The notes below the pieces were generated by a model that worked only from the letters and a program-made list of their open reading frames with translations, did no database searches and was not told the origin of the DNA. A DNA stretch of 29,085 nt from Clostridia bacterium (lineage in GTDB: Bacteria; Bacillota; Clostridia; Oscillospirales; SIG627): NCBI GenBank assembly GCA_017408325.1, contig JAFQUW010000075.1, positions 1-29,085 of the forward strand, given 5' to 3'. A program made the translations under genes and the position numbers. Numbering within the stretch: position 1 is the first letter of the stretch; each line of letters opens with the position of its first letter. This document shows positions 16,793 to 26,328 of the stretch, in pieces.

Positions 16793-18055
16793 GTGAAAAG
16801 CGTTGTGCGCGCACTTTTGCTTATGCTCGTGCTGATTTTTGTATCGGTTCCGCTTCACTCGGCGTTTTCTCCCCGGATCAACGAGTTTTTGACGGGACTT
16901 TTCGGCGAGGCAGAGCCGCAGAAGGAGCCCGTTTTCCCCGAGGTGCTCACCGAGAGCTTTCTGTTTTCCGAGACGGAGCTTTCTGGCGGCGCACACCTCG
17001 TGACGGCAGAGGAGATCGGGGAGTACGTCCCTCTGTTTTCCGCTTACGACAGTAAGGTCTACTACGATACGCTCACGGAAGCGGAGCAGTTGATCTACCG
17101 CGCGTTCCAGTACGCGCTCGACCACAGTTTTCAGGAAATTCTGATCAGTGAAGATCTCAAGGCCGCCGCCAAACTGCGTCCTGCGGAGATTCTGGAATTG
17201 CTTTCGCTCGATAGCGCACATTTGGAGCAAAATCACTTTGAGACGGGTCAGGGGATGGAACGTTTTCTCGTCACGGGTGCGCGCTATTACGGCGGAGAGG
17301 AAGAGACCCCGATGATTGAGGGCTATCGCATCACCGTGTTCAGCTTTGCCAAGGAACGGGAGGAGAAGCGACTGGAGGCACTTGAGGTTGCCAAGAAGAT
17401 CGACTTCGGTTTTTCCGCGGACGCCACGCAGGCGGAAATGGCGCGCGCCATCTTCCGCTGGCTTGGTGAGAACGTCACCTATGACGAGAAATCCACCGAC
17501 GATTTTCTCTACGGCGCACTCGTGGACGGGAAGACCATCTGCGACGGATACGCAAACGCGTTCCAGCTTCTCTGCGGCATCCACGGCATCGAGTGCTGTG
17601 AAAAGGTGACGGATTTCACCAAGCTCGACTACGGCGAGGGCAGGATGGGTCACACCTGGAATATGGCAAACCTTGACGGCGTGTGGTACAACGTCGACCC
17701 GACCGCCTCGGAAAACGCAGTCGGGGAGACCGTCTGGCAGATGGGCTACTCGGACGAGATGGATCCGAATTATACCGCGTACGCGTCCCGTTTGCCGACT
17801 GCCACGGGAGACGCTTTCGTCTACGTCGGTCACTTCGAGACCTTGCTCGACGAGCAACTGGTCGAACGGATTTCCGACGCGTTGTCGCTTTACGGGCAGG
17901 TGACTGCGACCTTCGGCAAGGGTGAGACGCTGAAGATGGACGAGGACGGTCCGCTTGCGGCGTTTGATGCGATCGCCGACCGCATGAAAGAAGCCTACCA
18001 GACCTATAGCTGCCGCGGAACACGACGGGACGTCATTTGTTTTGAACTAGCGTAG
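16793..18055 (+). CDS. Exported transglutaminase-like (cysteine protease fold) protein
   Basis: Hydrophobic N-terminus; ICDGYANAF, GHTWN, WYNVDPT give an intact Cys-His-Asp triad. GTG 16793 after GGGAGG; 420 aa. Confidence 0.82.
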   Translation: MKSVVRALLLMLVLIFVSVPLHSAFSPRINEFLTGLFGEAEPQKEPVFPEVLTESFLFSETELSGGAHLVTAEEIGEYVPLFSAYDSKVYYDTLTEAEQLIYRAFQYALDHSFQEILISEDLKAAAKLRPAEILELLSLDSAHLEQNHFETGQGMERFLVTGARYYGGEEETPMIEGYRITVFSFAKEREEKRLEALEVAKKIDFGFSADATQAEMARAIFRWLGENVTYDEKSTDDFLYGALVDGKTICDGYANAFQLLCGIHGIECCEKVTDFTKLDYGEGRMGHTWNMANLDGVWYNVDPTASENAVGETVWQMGYSDEMDPNYTAYASRLPTATGDAFVYVGHFETLLDEQLVERISDALSLYGQVTATFGKGETLKMDEDGPLAAFDAIADRMKEAYQTYSCRGTRRDVICFELA

Positions 18056-18091
18056 AACACGCCTTTTGCGGCACGCAGAAGACAAAAGAAG

Positions 18092-18126
18092 AACAGAAGC
18101 ACACAGCGCGCGTGCTTCTGTTTTTT
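18092..18126 (+). terminator. Intrinsic terminator
   Basis: AACAGAAGCAC-9nt-GTGCTTCTGTT followed by a T run. Confidence 0.75.
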
Positions 18127-18239
18127 GTCGGTTTTTGGGGCTCATTAAAAAATTATAGGTATCTGGATAATTTGTTTAAATTACATCCCAATGATAAGCT
18201 TTATTTTGCGATACATCATATAAATATAGGCAATCACGT

Positions 18240-18680
18240 TTAATTGAATTTCGCTTTTTGAAAAAAGAAGTCTTTACGAATCAGCTTGGTGATAAGATAA
18301 ATAACTCGAGTTGGCAGGTAAAAGTAAAAAAAGCAAAAAGCAGACCAAAGCCAATTTGCCTCGCCGCGTTGAAAAAACTCAGAAACAGTAAAGGTGATCG
18401 CAACCAAAACAATGCAGGAAACAATAATGTGAAAAACGGTTTTGTATAGAATGCGGGGCATCTCTTTTGAGAACAGATATTTCATGCACACAAACAAGTC
18501 GGCTTCCATTAAAAGCATCGGTAAAAATCCAATCACTAACAAAATAAAAAGAAAAAATCCACCAATATGTCGATCTTTAATATTTGTTTTGAAATAAGAA
18601 CGCGAAAAGTCGTATGAAGCAAAAACGGTTGTTAAAAGTAAGGCCGCAATCAGAAGTAAAATAAACCCTAGTTTTTTCAT
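18240..18680 (-). CDS. AT-rich hypothetical membrane protein (about 4 TM helices)
   Basis: 146-aa hydrophobic ORF downstream of a strong promoter; GC is far below the flanks (one 60-nt line counted at about 28%). Confidence 0.6.
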   Translation of the reverse strand: MKKLGFILLLIAALLLTTVFASYDFSRSYFKTNIKDRHIGGFFLFILLVIGFLPMLLMEADLFVCMKYLFSKEMPRILYKTVFHIIVSCIVLVAITFTVSEFFQRGEANWLWSAFCFFYFYLPTRVIYLITKLIRKDFFFQKAKFN

Positions 18681-18793
18681 AAAATTCTTTACGCTCCGAT
18701 TTCATATTACGGCAAAGAAAAACGGTTTTCTTTGCAAATCCTTTTGCTTTATCTCTCAAAACGCTGTCGGCTATAGTGATTACTTCTAAATTT

Positions 18794-18822
18794 ATTATAC
18801 ATAAAAACCGAAGGTCTTTCAA
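18794..18822 (-). promoter_or_regulatory. Promoter for the AT-rich membrane gene
   Basis: Minus strand TTGAAA-17bp-TATAAT. Confidence 0.75.
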
Positions 18823-18826
18823 GTGA

Positions 18827-18919
18827 CATTCCGACTTTGTCGGAATGATAGTGTCGCCTTACGGCAGCCGTAAGGCGAATAAAACAGGCGTTGTATCCGC
18901 AAGGATACAACGCCTGTTT
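18827..18919. repeat. Three adjacent perfect inverted repeats
   Basis: CATTCCGAC-TTT-GTCGGAATG (18827-18847); TCGCCTTACGG-CAG-CCGTAAGGCGA (18854-18878); AAACAGGCGTTGTATCC-GCAA-GGATACAACGCCTGTTT (18882-18919). Confidence 0.85.
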
Positions 18920-18924
18920 ATCCG

Positions 18925-20001
18925 TCATTCCGTTTCGGCAACGATGAAAGGCTTGTACTCGCTTTCGAGGAAGTACTTTTCGGCGGCGGAGCCGGGGGCG
19001 ACGTGGATCTTTTGGATCGTGGTGGTGTTTGCGAACTGTTCGTCTCCGATGCTCTTGACGCTCTTGGGATAGTTGACGTCGGTGAGGTTGTCGCAGAAGG
19101 AGAAGGCGCGTGCGCCGACCTCCGTCACACCGTCGCCGAGGCGCACACCCGTCAGCATCGAACAGCCGGAGAAGGCCGCTTCACCGATGCGCGTGACGGA
19201 AGCGGGGATGGAGATGCTGGCGATGTTGGAGCAGCCCGCGAGTGCCCAGTCACCGATCTCGGTGACACCGTTCGGGACGTAGAGGGAGGTGATCGTCTCG
19301 CACAGCGAGAGAGAGGCGATCTTTTTCACGTCGGAGGGGAGAGTCAGAGAGCCGCCCTCGCCCTTGTAGGCGATGAGGATACCGTTTCCGACGATGACAA
19401 ACTCGTCTGTTGCGTCCAGAAGGAACTTCGTCTCGTCAAAGGCATAGGCACCGATGATCTCCACGCCGTCGGAAAGGTCGACCTTTTGAAGCGACTTACA
19501 GTTTGCAAAGGCATAGGAGTCGATCTCGTGCAGGGAATCGGGCAGGCTGATCTCTTCGAGATGTCCGCAGCCGTAGAAGCAGGCTTCGCCGATGCGGCGC
19601 AACGTGTCGGGGAGCTTGACGCTCTCGAGAAGCGTGCAGGAGGAAAAGGCGTTGTCGCCGATCTCCATGACGGGCTTGTCCTCGATCTTGTCGGGAACTT
19701 CGGCGTCCGTGACGGTGCTGTCCGCGCTCGTAATCGCGGCGTAGTCCTCGTAGAGATCGTAGGAAAAGCCGCCGTGCTTTCCCGAGGAGACGAATTTGCT
19801 TTCGGGAAGGGGGACGGTCTTGGGGGCGGAAGATTCCACCTTATCCTCGGTGGAAGGCTTGTCGTCTTCCAGGGGGGTCATTGTGGTCGCGGGGGGCGCG
19901 AGGACGATCCACAGCACGATGCCGACCGCAACGAGAAGGACGGCAGCAAGAATGAGGGACAGACGTACTTTTTTGGAAATCTTACGTTTGACTTTTGCCA
20001 T
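18925..20001 (-). CDS. Membrane-anchored BspA-type leucine-rich repeat protein
   Basis: Basic N-terminus, one TM helix, Pro/Thr linker, repeated IGxxAFxxCxxLxSIxLP units. Confidence 0.88.
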   Translation of the reverse strand: MAKVKRKISKKVRLSLILAAVLLVAVGIVLWIVLAPPATTMTPLEDDKPSTEDKVESSAPKTVPLPESKFVSSGKHGGFSYDLYEDYAAITSADSTVTDAEVPDKIEDKPVMEIGDNAFSSCTLLESVKLPDTLRRIGEACFYGCGHLEEISLPDSLHEIDSYAFANCKSLQKVDLSDGVEIIGAYAFDETKFLLDATDEFVIVGNGILIAYKGEGGSLTLPSDVKKIASLSLCETITSLYVPNGVTEIGDWALAGCSNIASISIPASVTRIGEAAFSGCSMLTGVRLGDGVTEVGARAFSFCDNLTDVNYPKSVKSIGDEQFANTTTIQKIHVAPGSAAEKYFLESEYKPFIVAETE

Positions 20002-20012
20002 GGGAGTTCTCC

Positions 20013-21194
20013 TTATGCTTCTTCGGTGAGGGGGATTTTTTCGAGGGACTTGTACGCCTCGTCGAGCAGTCGGTCGAGATCAAGCTTGGCCTCCTCGGCT
20101 TCGATCTTTTCAAGCTCGGGCGTAAGTTTCGGGTGCTTGGGAACGAAAACGGTACAGCAGTCCTCGTAGGGGAGAATGGAGGTCTCAAAGGTGTCGATGT
20201 GGCGCGCGTAACGCACGATCTCGTCTTTGTCGAGCCCCACGCAGGGACGCAGGATGGGAAGCGGCGTCGCGGCGTCGCTTGCCGCCATCGCGGAAAGCGT
20301 CTGGCTTGCCACCTGACCGAGGCTTTCGCCCGTGATGAGGGCAGGGATCGAGAGCTCTTCGGCAAGCCGCGTGGCAAGACGGAGCATACAGCGGCGCAAG
20401 ATCAGGGTGAAATACTCCTCGCGCACTGCGTCGCGCAGCGCGAGCTGCAGTTCGGTCAAACCGATGACGTAGGTGTCAAGGCTACAGGTGTAACGGCAGA
20501 GTTTGCGTCCGAGGGTGAGCACTTTTTCCTTGGCGCGCTCGCTCGTGTACGGATAGCTCTCAAAATGAAGGGCAGATAAGCGCAGGCCACGCTTTGCCAT
20601 CAGCCAGCCCGCGACGGGGCTGTCGATGCCGCCGGAGAGGAGGAGAAGTCCCGTGCCGCTCGTTCCGGCAGGCAGTCCGCGCGCACCGATGACGCGCGAG
20701 GCGTGCACGAAGGCGAGTCGGTCGCGCACTTCCACGGTGACGGTGACCTCGGGATTGTGTACGTCCACCGAGAGGTGGGGGCAGGCCTCGCCCACGCAGG
20801 CGCCGGCCTCTTGCATCAGTTCCATGGAGGTCAGGGGGAAGGATTTGTCACTGCGCTTGGCGTCCGCCTTGAAGCTGCGGTAGCCGCCGAGCGTGGGGAC
20901 GATCTTCTCACGGATGACCGCGAGAATGTCGGGCAGATTCTTTTCGCAAGGATACGCGATCGAGAGCGCGGCGATCCCAAACACGCGCGAGAGTCGGTCA
21001 AACGCCGCCTCGGTGTTCGCGTCGTCTTCCATTGTCAGTGCCATCGTGGACTGGCGGTATTCGGTGCGAAACGCGCCGATGGGCGCGAGGGCGCGAGCGA
21101 TGTCCTCGGAGAGTGCGCGTTCAAAGCGACGCTTGTTCGCGCCTTTTAAGACGAGCTCTCCGTATTTGATCAGGATGCAACGGGCAAAACTCAT
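20013..21194 (-). CDS. thiI: tRNA 4-thiouridine(8) synthase (short form, no rhodanese domain)
   Basis: IKYGELVLKG.N, THUMP region, LLSGGIDSPVA, TGESLGQVASQT, PYEDCC. Confidence 0.95.
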   Translation of the reverse strand: MSFARCILIKYGELVLKGANKRRFERALSEDIARALAPIGAFRTEYRQSTMALTMEDDANTEAAFDRLSRVFGIAALSIAYPCEKNLPDILAVIREKIVPTLGGYRSFKADAKRSDKSFPLTSMELMQEAGACVGEACPHLSVDVHNPEVTVTVEVRDRLAFVHASRVIGARGLPAGTSGTGLLLLSGGIDSPVAGWLMAKRGLRLSALHFESYPYTSERAKEKVLTLGRKLCRYTCSLDTYVIGLTELQLALRDAVREEYFTLILRRCMLRLATRLAEELSIPALITGESLGQVASQTLSAMAASDAATPLPILRPCVGLDKDEIVRYARHIDTFETSILPYEDCCTVFVPKHPKLTPELEKIEAEEAKLDLDRLLDEAYKSLEKIPLTEEA

Positions 21195-22324
21195 TTGCGA
21201 TAGCGTCCTTTCGTCAAGAGTTCTTCTAACACCGAAAGAGTCGCGAGGATCTCCTCTTCGGTGGTGGTGTACGAGAGGGAGAAGCGCAGGGTGCAGTCCG
21301 CGTCCCGGGCACTGATCCCGTGCGCGAGCAGGATCGGGCTTTTTGCGCCCTTTTTCGAGGAGCAGGCGCTCCCTGCGGAAACGCAGATGCCCCGATCCGA
21401 CAGAAGGTGCAGGAGCACCTCGCTCTTGTAGCCCTCAAAGGCGGCGGAAACGATGTGCGCAGCCTGCACAAAACCGCCGTGCACCCTCACGCCGTCCAGA
21501 GCGGCCAGGCCGCGTTCTAGTTGCGCTTTTCTTGTTTTTATTGCTTCGACGCGGGCGGGCAGATTGTCGTGCGCGTCACTTGCCGCCGCGGCAAAGGCGG
21601 CGATGGCCGGGGAGTTTTCCGTGCCACTTCGGAGTCCCTTTTCCTGTCCGCCGCCAAAGACGGGGGAGACGAGACGCACGCCGCTTTTGACGACGAGTGC
21701 GCCGACACCGCGCACACCGTGGATCTTGTGTGCGGAGAGGGAAAGGACGTCGGCGCAAAGCGCACAGAGAGAAACGGGCAGTTTGCCGTAGGCCTGCACG
21801 CAGTCACAGAAGCAGACGGCGTATTTGGAGCGCGATTTGACAAGGGTGAAGGCGCGTGCGACGTCAAAGATCGCGCCCGTCTCGTTGTTGACGAGCATAA
21901 ACGCGGCGAGGATCGTCTCTTCGTTTGCCGCTTGGTCAACGGCGTCCATATCAAGGACACCGCCGCGAGTCGGGATCCGAACGACGTCGAAGCCTTCCGC
22001 CTCGAGCGCTTTCATACATTCCGATACACAGGGATGCTCCGCGTCGGAGACGAGGATGCGCGTACCGCGGCGTTTGAGCGCGCGCGCGGCACCGAAAAGG
22101 GCGATGTTCGCGCTTTCCGTTCCGCCGGAAGTGAAGGTGATCTCCTCGGGACGGGCACCGACGGTGCGCGCGACGCTTTTGCGGTAGTCCTCCAGCCGCG
22201 TGTGCGCGTCGAAACCCGCGCGGTGCATCGAAGAGGGATTGGCGCCCAGCGTCGCTTCCTGCAAAAAGGCGTCCAGTGCCGCTTTGCAGGGAGGGGTCGT
22301 TGCAGCGTGGTCGAGGTAGATCAT
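21191..22324 (-). CDS. iscS: Cysteine desulfurase (IscS/NifS/NifZ type)
   Basis: IYLDHAATT, FTSGGTES, SAHKIHG, GGQEKGLRSGTEN, SAGSACSS. Overlaps thiI by 4 nt. Confidence 0.92.
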   Translation of the reverse strand: MIYLDHAATTPPCKAALDAFLQEATLGANPSSMHRAGFDAHTRLEDYRKSVARTVGARPEEITFTSGGTESANIALFGAARALKRRGTRILVSDAEHPCVSECMKALEAEGFDVVRIPTRGGVLDMDAVDQAANEETILAAFMLVNNETGAIFDVARAFTLVKSRSKYAVCFCDCVQAYGKLPVSLCALCADVLSLSAHKIHGVRGVGALVVKSGVRLVSPVFGGGQEKGLRSGTENSPAIAAFAAAASDAHDNLPARVEAIKTRKAQLERGLAALDGVRVHGGFVQAAHIVSAAFEGYKSEVLLHLLSDRGICVSAGSACSSKKGAKSPILLAHGISARDADCTLRFSLSYTTTEEEILATLSVLEELLTKGRYRK

Positions 22325-23250
22325 CGGTTGAAAAATTCCTTTAAAATGGCGTCAATGTCGGCGCGTGAGGCGGCGCGCATCAGTTTTTCGCGCGTCTGTG
22401 CCGCTCCGCGCAGACCTTTGAAGTAAAAAGCAAGCTGGCTTCGCATCTCGGGCAGGGCGCGCGAGACGGGCTTGAAGCGGCAGGCAAGGTCGAGGTGCTG
22501 CGTCAGCACCGTGTACAGATCGGGCGCGGTGTAATCTTCACCGCGAAACGCGGCTTTGATCTCGTCAAAGAGCCACGGATGACCGAGCGCACCGCGCGCG
22601 AGCATCAGGTGGGAGACGCCTGTTTTTTCGATCGTCTCTTTTGCCGCCCTTGCATTTGTGATGCCGCCGTTTGCGGCGACCTCCACGTCAGAAAACTCCT
22701 CGCGCACACGCGCGATGGATTCAAAATCGATCGGTGCGGAAAAGCCGCCCTCGCGGCTTCTGCCGTGGACGGCGACGAGCGTCGCTCCGCTTTCCACCGC
22801 GGCGCGGGCGCAGTCAAGCACGTTTTTGTGCGCTTCGTCGACACCGGTGCGAAGCTTGACGGAGACGGGAAGTCCGGCTTTTTTCGTTGCTTCCACGATC
22901 CGTCCGATGAGGGCGGGGGAGCGCATCAGCTCGCTTCCTTCCCCGCTCTTGACGATCTTCGGTACGGGACAACCGCAGTTGATGTCAAATCCCTCGGGGT
23001 GATACCGCTCGGCAAGGATGCCCGCGGCGATCTCGAAATCGCGCGGCTCGCTTCCGAAAAGCTGGAAGAGGATGGGACGCTCGATCTCATCAAAGTCGGC
23101 GAGATCGTGCGTTTTGCGGTCGCCGTAGCAGACCGCTTTCGCAGAGATCATCTCCGAGTAGACGAGGTCGGCGCCGAACTCTTTTGCCAGCGTGCGAAAC
23201 GCGCGGTCGGTGTAACCGGCAAGCGGTGCCAGAGATAGTTTCAGGTCCAT
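22321..23250 (-). CDS. dusB: tRNA-dihydrouridine synthase
   Basis: LAPLAGYTD, SEMISA, QLFGSEP, DINCGCP, SVKLRTG, VHGR, ANGGI, MLARGALGHPWLF. Confidence 0.92.
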   Translation of the reverse strand: MDLKLSLAPLAGYTDRAFRTLAKEFGADLVYSEMISAKAVCYGDRKTHDLADFDEIERPILFQLFGSEPRDFEIAAGILAERYHPEGFDINCGCPVPKIVKSGEGSELMRSPALIGRIVEATKKAGLPVSVKLRTGVDEAHKNVLDCARAAVESGATLVAVHGRSREGGFSAPIDFESIARVREEFSDVEVAANGGITNARAAKETIEKTGVSHLMLARGALGHPWLFDEIKAAFRGEDYTAPDLYTVLTQHLDLACRFKPVSRALPEMRSQLAFYFKGLRGAAQTREKLMRAASRADIDAILKEFFNR

Positions 23251-23274
23251 AACGGTCTTTGGAATAAAAGCGCG

Positions 23275-23301
23275 AAAAGAGGGCGCAGAGCGTCCTCTTT
23301 T
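23275..23301 (-). terminator. Terminator after tpiA
   Basis: AAAAGAGGGCGC-AGA-GCGTCCTCTTTT hairpin with T tracts on both strands. Confidence 0.7.
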
Positions 23302-23322
23302 GATTCGCGCGGGTATCGTGTG

Positions 23323-24099
23323 TTATGCTTTGGTCGCTTCGGCACTGCCTGCGGCGACGATGACGAGAAAGTCGGCAGGCTTGAGAGAGGCACCGCCGAT
23401 GAGGCCGCCGTCGATGTCGGGCATGGAGAGCAGTTCACGGGCGTTTTTCGCATTCATGCTGCCGCCGTACTGGATGGTGGTGGCGTCGGCGACGTCGGGC
23501 GTGTACAGCTCGGCGAGAAGAGTGCGGATGTACGCACAGACTTCCTGCGCCTGCTCGGCGGTGGCGGTCAGGCCCGTGCCGATCGCCCAGACGGGCTCGT
23601 AGGCGATGACGACGTTTTCCATATCCTGTTCACTCAGGTCGGCAAGACCCAGACGGATCTGGCGTTCGATGACCGCCTGCGTTTCGTCGAGCTCACGCTC
23701 TTCGCGGGTCTCGCCCACGCAGAGGATGACCTTCAGTCCCTTGGCAAGGGCGGCCTTGGTGCGGGCGTTGACGGTGGCGTCGGTCTCGCCGAAGTACTGA
23801 CGGCGCTCGGAGTGGCCGATGACGACGTATTCGACGTCGCAGGCGACGAGCATATCCGCGGAAATTTCACCGGTGAAGGCACCGCTCTCGGCCCAGTGCA
23901 CGTTCTGTGCGCCGAGGCAGACACCGCTTCCGGCGATGGCTTCCTTGACCTGGAAGAGGTCGACGAAGGGGACGCAGAGAACGACCTTGCAGGCGGCACC
24001 TTCGGTCTTCTCGGCGATCTCGTAAGCGAGGCAACGGGCTTCAAAGGGGGTCTTGTTCATCTTCCAGTTGCCGGCGATGATGATGTTGCGTTTGGCCAT
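23323..24099 (-). CDS. tpiA: Triose-phosphate isomerase
   Basis: IAGNWKMNK, GAFTGEIS, IGHSERR, AYEPVWAIGTG, YGGS, GGLIGGASL. Confidence 0.98.
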   Translation of the reverse strand: MAKRNIIIAGNWKMNKTPFEARCLAYEIAEKTEGAACKVVLCVPFVDLFQVKEAIAGSGVCLGAQNVHWAESGAFTGEISADMLVACDVEYVVIGHSERRQYFGETDATVNARTKAALAKGLKVILCVGETREERELDETQAVIERQIRLGLADLSEQDMENVVIAYEPVWAIGTGLTATAEQAQEVCAYIRTLLAELYTPDVADATTIQYGGSMNAKNARELLSMPDIDGGLIGGASLKPADFLVIVAAGSAEATKA

Positions 24100-24168
24100 A
24101 ATCGTAATTCCTTTTCGTGTCGATTGGGGTGGAAAGTCCCCCGTGGTGCGGGGGACTTGTTCGTTTGA

Positions 24169-25359
24169 TTACTGATCCTGCAGGCCGGCGATACCGGGGA
24201 GTTCGAGACCTTCGAGGAACTCGAGGGACGCGCCGCCGCCGGTGGAGACGTGGGTGATCTCGCCGGAGAGACCGAACTTCTCGATGGCAGCCGCGGAGTC
24301 GCCGCCACCGACGATGCTGGTGGCTTCGCTCGCGGCGATGGCCTTGGCAAGGGTCTCGGTGCCGACGGCAAAGGCGGCGAATTCACAGACGCCCATCGGG
24401 CCGTTCCAAACGACGGTCTTGGCGTTCTTGACGGCGTCGCAGAAGAGGACGCGGGTCTTTTCGCCGATGTCCATACCCATCATGTCGGCAGACAGGGCGT
24501 TGGAGGGGAAGGTCACGGGAGTGCTGTCCGCGGAGAATTCCTTCGCGCAAACGGTGTCGACGGGAAGGAGGAAGTTGACGCCCTTCGCGCGGGCTTTCTC
24601 AAGCAGCTCACGGGCGAGGTCGAGCTTGTCGTCTTCGCAGATGGAGGTGCCGATCTCGTAGCCCTGCGCCTTGAAGAAGGTGTAGGCCATACCGCCGCCG
24701 ATGATGAGGGTGTCGACCTTCTCAAGAAGGTTGTTGATGACGCCGATCTTGTCGGAGACCTTCGCGCCGCCGAGGATGGCGACGAAGGGGCGCACGGGGT
24801 TGGAGAGTGCGCCGCCCATGATGCGGATCTCTTTCTGGATCAGGTAGCCGCAGACGGCGGGCAGATAGTCGGCCACACCGGCGGTGGAGGCATGGGCGCG
24901 GTGCGCCGTGCCGAAGGCGTCGTTGACAAAGATCTCGGCAAAGGAGGCGAGCTCTTTTGCAAAGGCGGGATCGTTCTTTTCTTCTTCCTTGTGGAAGCGG
25001 ACGTTTTCAAGGAGCATCACGTCGCCGTCGGAGAGTTTCGCGGCGAGAGCCTTCGCGTCGTCGCCGATGACGTCACGGGCCAGGGGAACTTCGACTCCGA
25101 GGAGCTCGGAGAGTTTCTTCGCGACGGGTGCGAGGGAGTACTTCATGTTGAATTCACCCTTCGGGCGACCCATGTGGCTGCAGAGGATGACGCGGGCGCC
25201 GCGTTCCATCAGGTTCTTGATGGTGGGCAGAGCCTCGGTGATGCGCTTGGTATCGGTGATGGTCTCGCCGTCGAGCGGCACGTTGAAGTCGCAGCGGACA
25301 AGGACTTTTTTGCCCTTGACTTCGATGTCGTCAATGGACTTTTTGTTGTACATAGACAT
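24169..25359 (-). CDS. pgk: Phosphoglycerate kinase
   Basis: [60 protein letters not shown]. Start reassigned to ATG 25359 after AGAAAGGA; 396 aa. Confidence 0.98.
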   Translation of the reverse strand: MSMYNKKSIDDIEVKGKKVLVRCDFNVPLDGETITDTKRITEALPTIKNLMERGARVILCSHMGRPKGEFNMKYSLAPVAKKLSELLGVEVPLARDVIGDDAKALAAKLSDGDVMLLENVRFHKEEEKNDPAFAKELASFAEIFVNDAFGTAHRAHASTAGVADYLPAVCGYLIQKEIRIMGGALSNPVRPFVAILGGAKVSDKIGVINNLLEKVDTLIIGGGMAYTFFKAQGYEIGTSICEDDKLDLARELLEKARAKGVNFLLPVDTVCAKEFSADSTPVTFPSNALSADMMGMDIGEKTRVLFCDAVKNAKTVVWNGPMGVCEFAAFAVGTETLAKAIAASEATSIVGGGDSAAAIEKFGLSGEITHVSTGGGASLEFLEGLELPGIAGLQDQ

Positions 25360-25402
25360 AGTTTCGGTTCCTTTCTGAAACAAGAATTTGATTTCGCCTT
25401 TT

Positions 25403-25431
25403 ATAGTACCATATTTAGAGGAAAGATTCAA
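25403..25431 (-). promoter_or_regulatory. pgk-tpiA promoter
   Basis: Minus strand TTGAAT-17bp-TACTAT with an extended TG. Confidence 0.7.
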
Positions 25432-25458
25432 GCAAAATCTTCCTGCTTTTTGCGTATT

Positions 25459-26295
25459 TTATCCGTCTTTTTCCACAAAATGCATGTAGATCTCGTTTTT
25501 CTTGACTTTTCGGTCGGCGGCGACGGCGCGCACGGCGTCCTTTTTGGAATAGCCCTGCTTCAAGTAGGAGTCAAAATGCTCGTCGATGGAGAGGTTTTCC
25601 CAGAAGGGGGCGTCGACCTCGCGTGCGCCCTCCAAAACGAGGACGAATTCTCCGCGCGGCGCGTGGGAGGTGAAGTATGCCGCGGCGTCCGAGAGCGTGG
25701 TGCGAAGCGTGGTCTCGTTGAGCTTGGTCAACTCGCGGCAGAGGGTGATGCGCCGATCTCCGAGGGCGGAATACAGTGTTTCAAGCGTGGAGAGAAGGTG
25801 GTGCGGCGACTCGTAGAGGATCGTGGTGCGCGTCTCGTGTTTTAAGGCAAAGAGCCGCTCCTCGCGGTCCTTTTTCTCCGCGGGCAAAAAGCCCTCGAAG
25901 ACGAAGCGGCGCGTGTCGAGTCCGGAGACGATGAGGGCATTCACCGCCGCACAGGCACCGGGGATCGGAACGACGGGGATGCCGCTTTCTGCGCAAAGCC
26001 GCACGAGATCCTCGCCCGGGTCGGAGACCGCGGGCGTTCCCGCGTCCGTCACGAGCGCGACGTCCTCTCCTGCGAGAAGCTTTTCGACGAGTGCGAGTCC
26101 CGCCTCGCGCTTGTTGTGCTCGTGGTAGGAAAAAGTGGGCGTGGAGACGTCAAAATGCGTGAGCAGCTTTCGCGTCACGCGCGTGTCCTCCGCGGCGATG
26201 AGCGAGACGCTCTTGAGCGTCTCAAGCGCGCGCAGGGTGATGTCGGAGAGGTTTCCGATGGGGGTTGCCACCAGATACAAAGTGCCGTTTGGCAT
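25459..26295 (-). CDS. rsmI: 16S rRNA (cytidine1402-2'-O)-methyltransferase
   Basis: LYLVATPIGNLSDIT, AAEDTR, VTDAGTPAVSDPG, YESPH, CRELTKLNE, RGEFVLV. Start ATG 26295 after AAGGAGG; 278 aa. Confidence 0.96.
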   Translation of the reverse strand: MPNGTLYLVATPIGNLSDITLRALETLKSVSLIAAEDTRVTRKLLTHFDVSTPTFSYHEHNKREAGLALVEKLLAGEDVALVTDAGTPAVSDPGEDLVRLCAESGIPVVPIPGACAAVNALIVSGLDTRRFVFEGFLPAEKKDREERLFALKHETRTTILYESPHHLLSTLETLYSALGDRRITLCRELTKLNETTLRTTLSDAAAYFTSHAPRGEFVLVLEGAREVDAPFWENLSIDEHFDSYLKQGYSKKDAVRAVAADRKVKKNEIYMHFVEKDG

Positions 26296-26328
26296 CGCTT
26301 CCTCCTTGCGGTTTTTCTTCTTTTGAAA

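Noticed and set aside
24134-24158. Hairpin between pgk and tpiA as a terminator
   Set aside because: The 9-bp stem has no U tract in the sense direction; more likely an mRNA stability element, and common in such operons.
24250-25845. 531-aa plus-strand ORF, and similar long ORFs at 15457-16701, 14169-15422, 16658-17857, 19003-20169, 23320-24168, 11156-12301 and 6159-7277
   Set aside because: All lie antisense to confidently identified genes and reflect biased codon usage.
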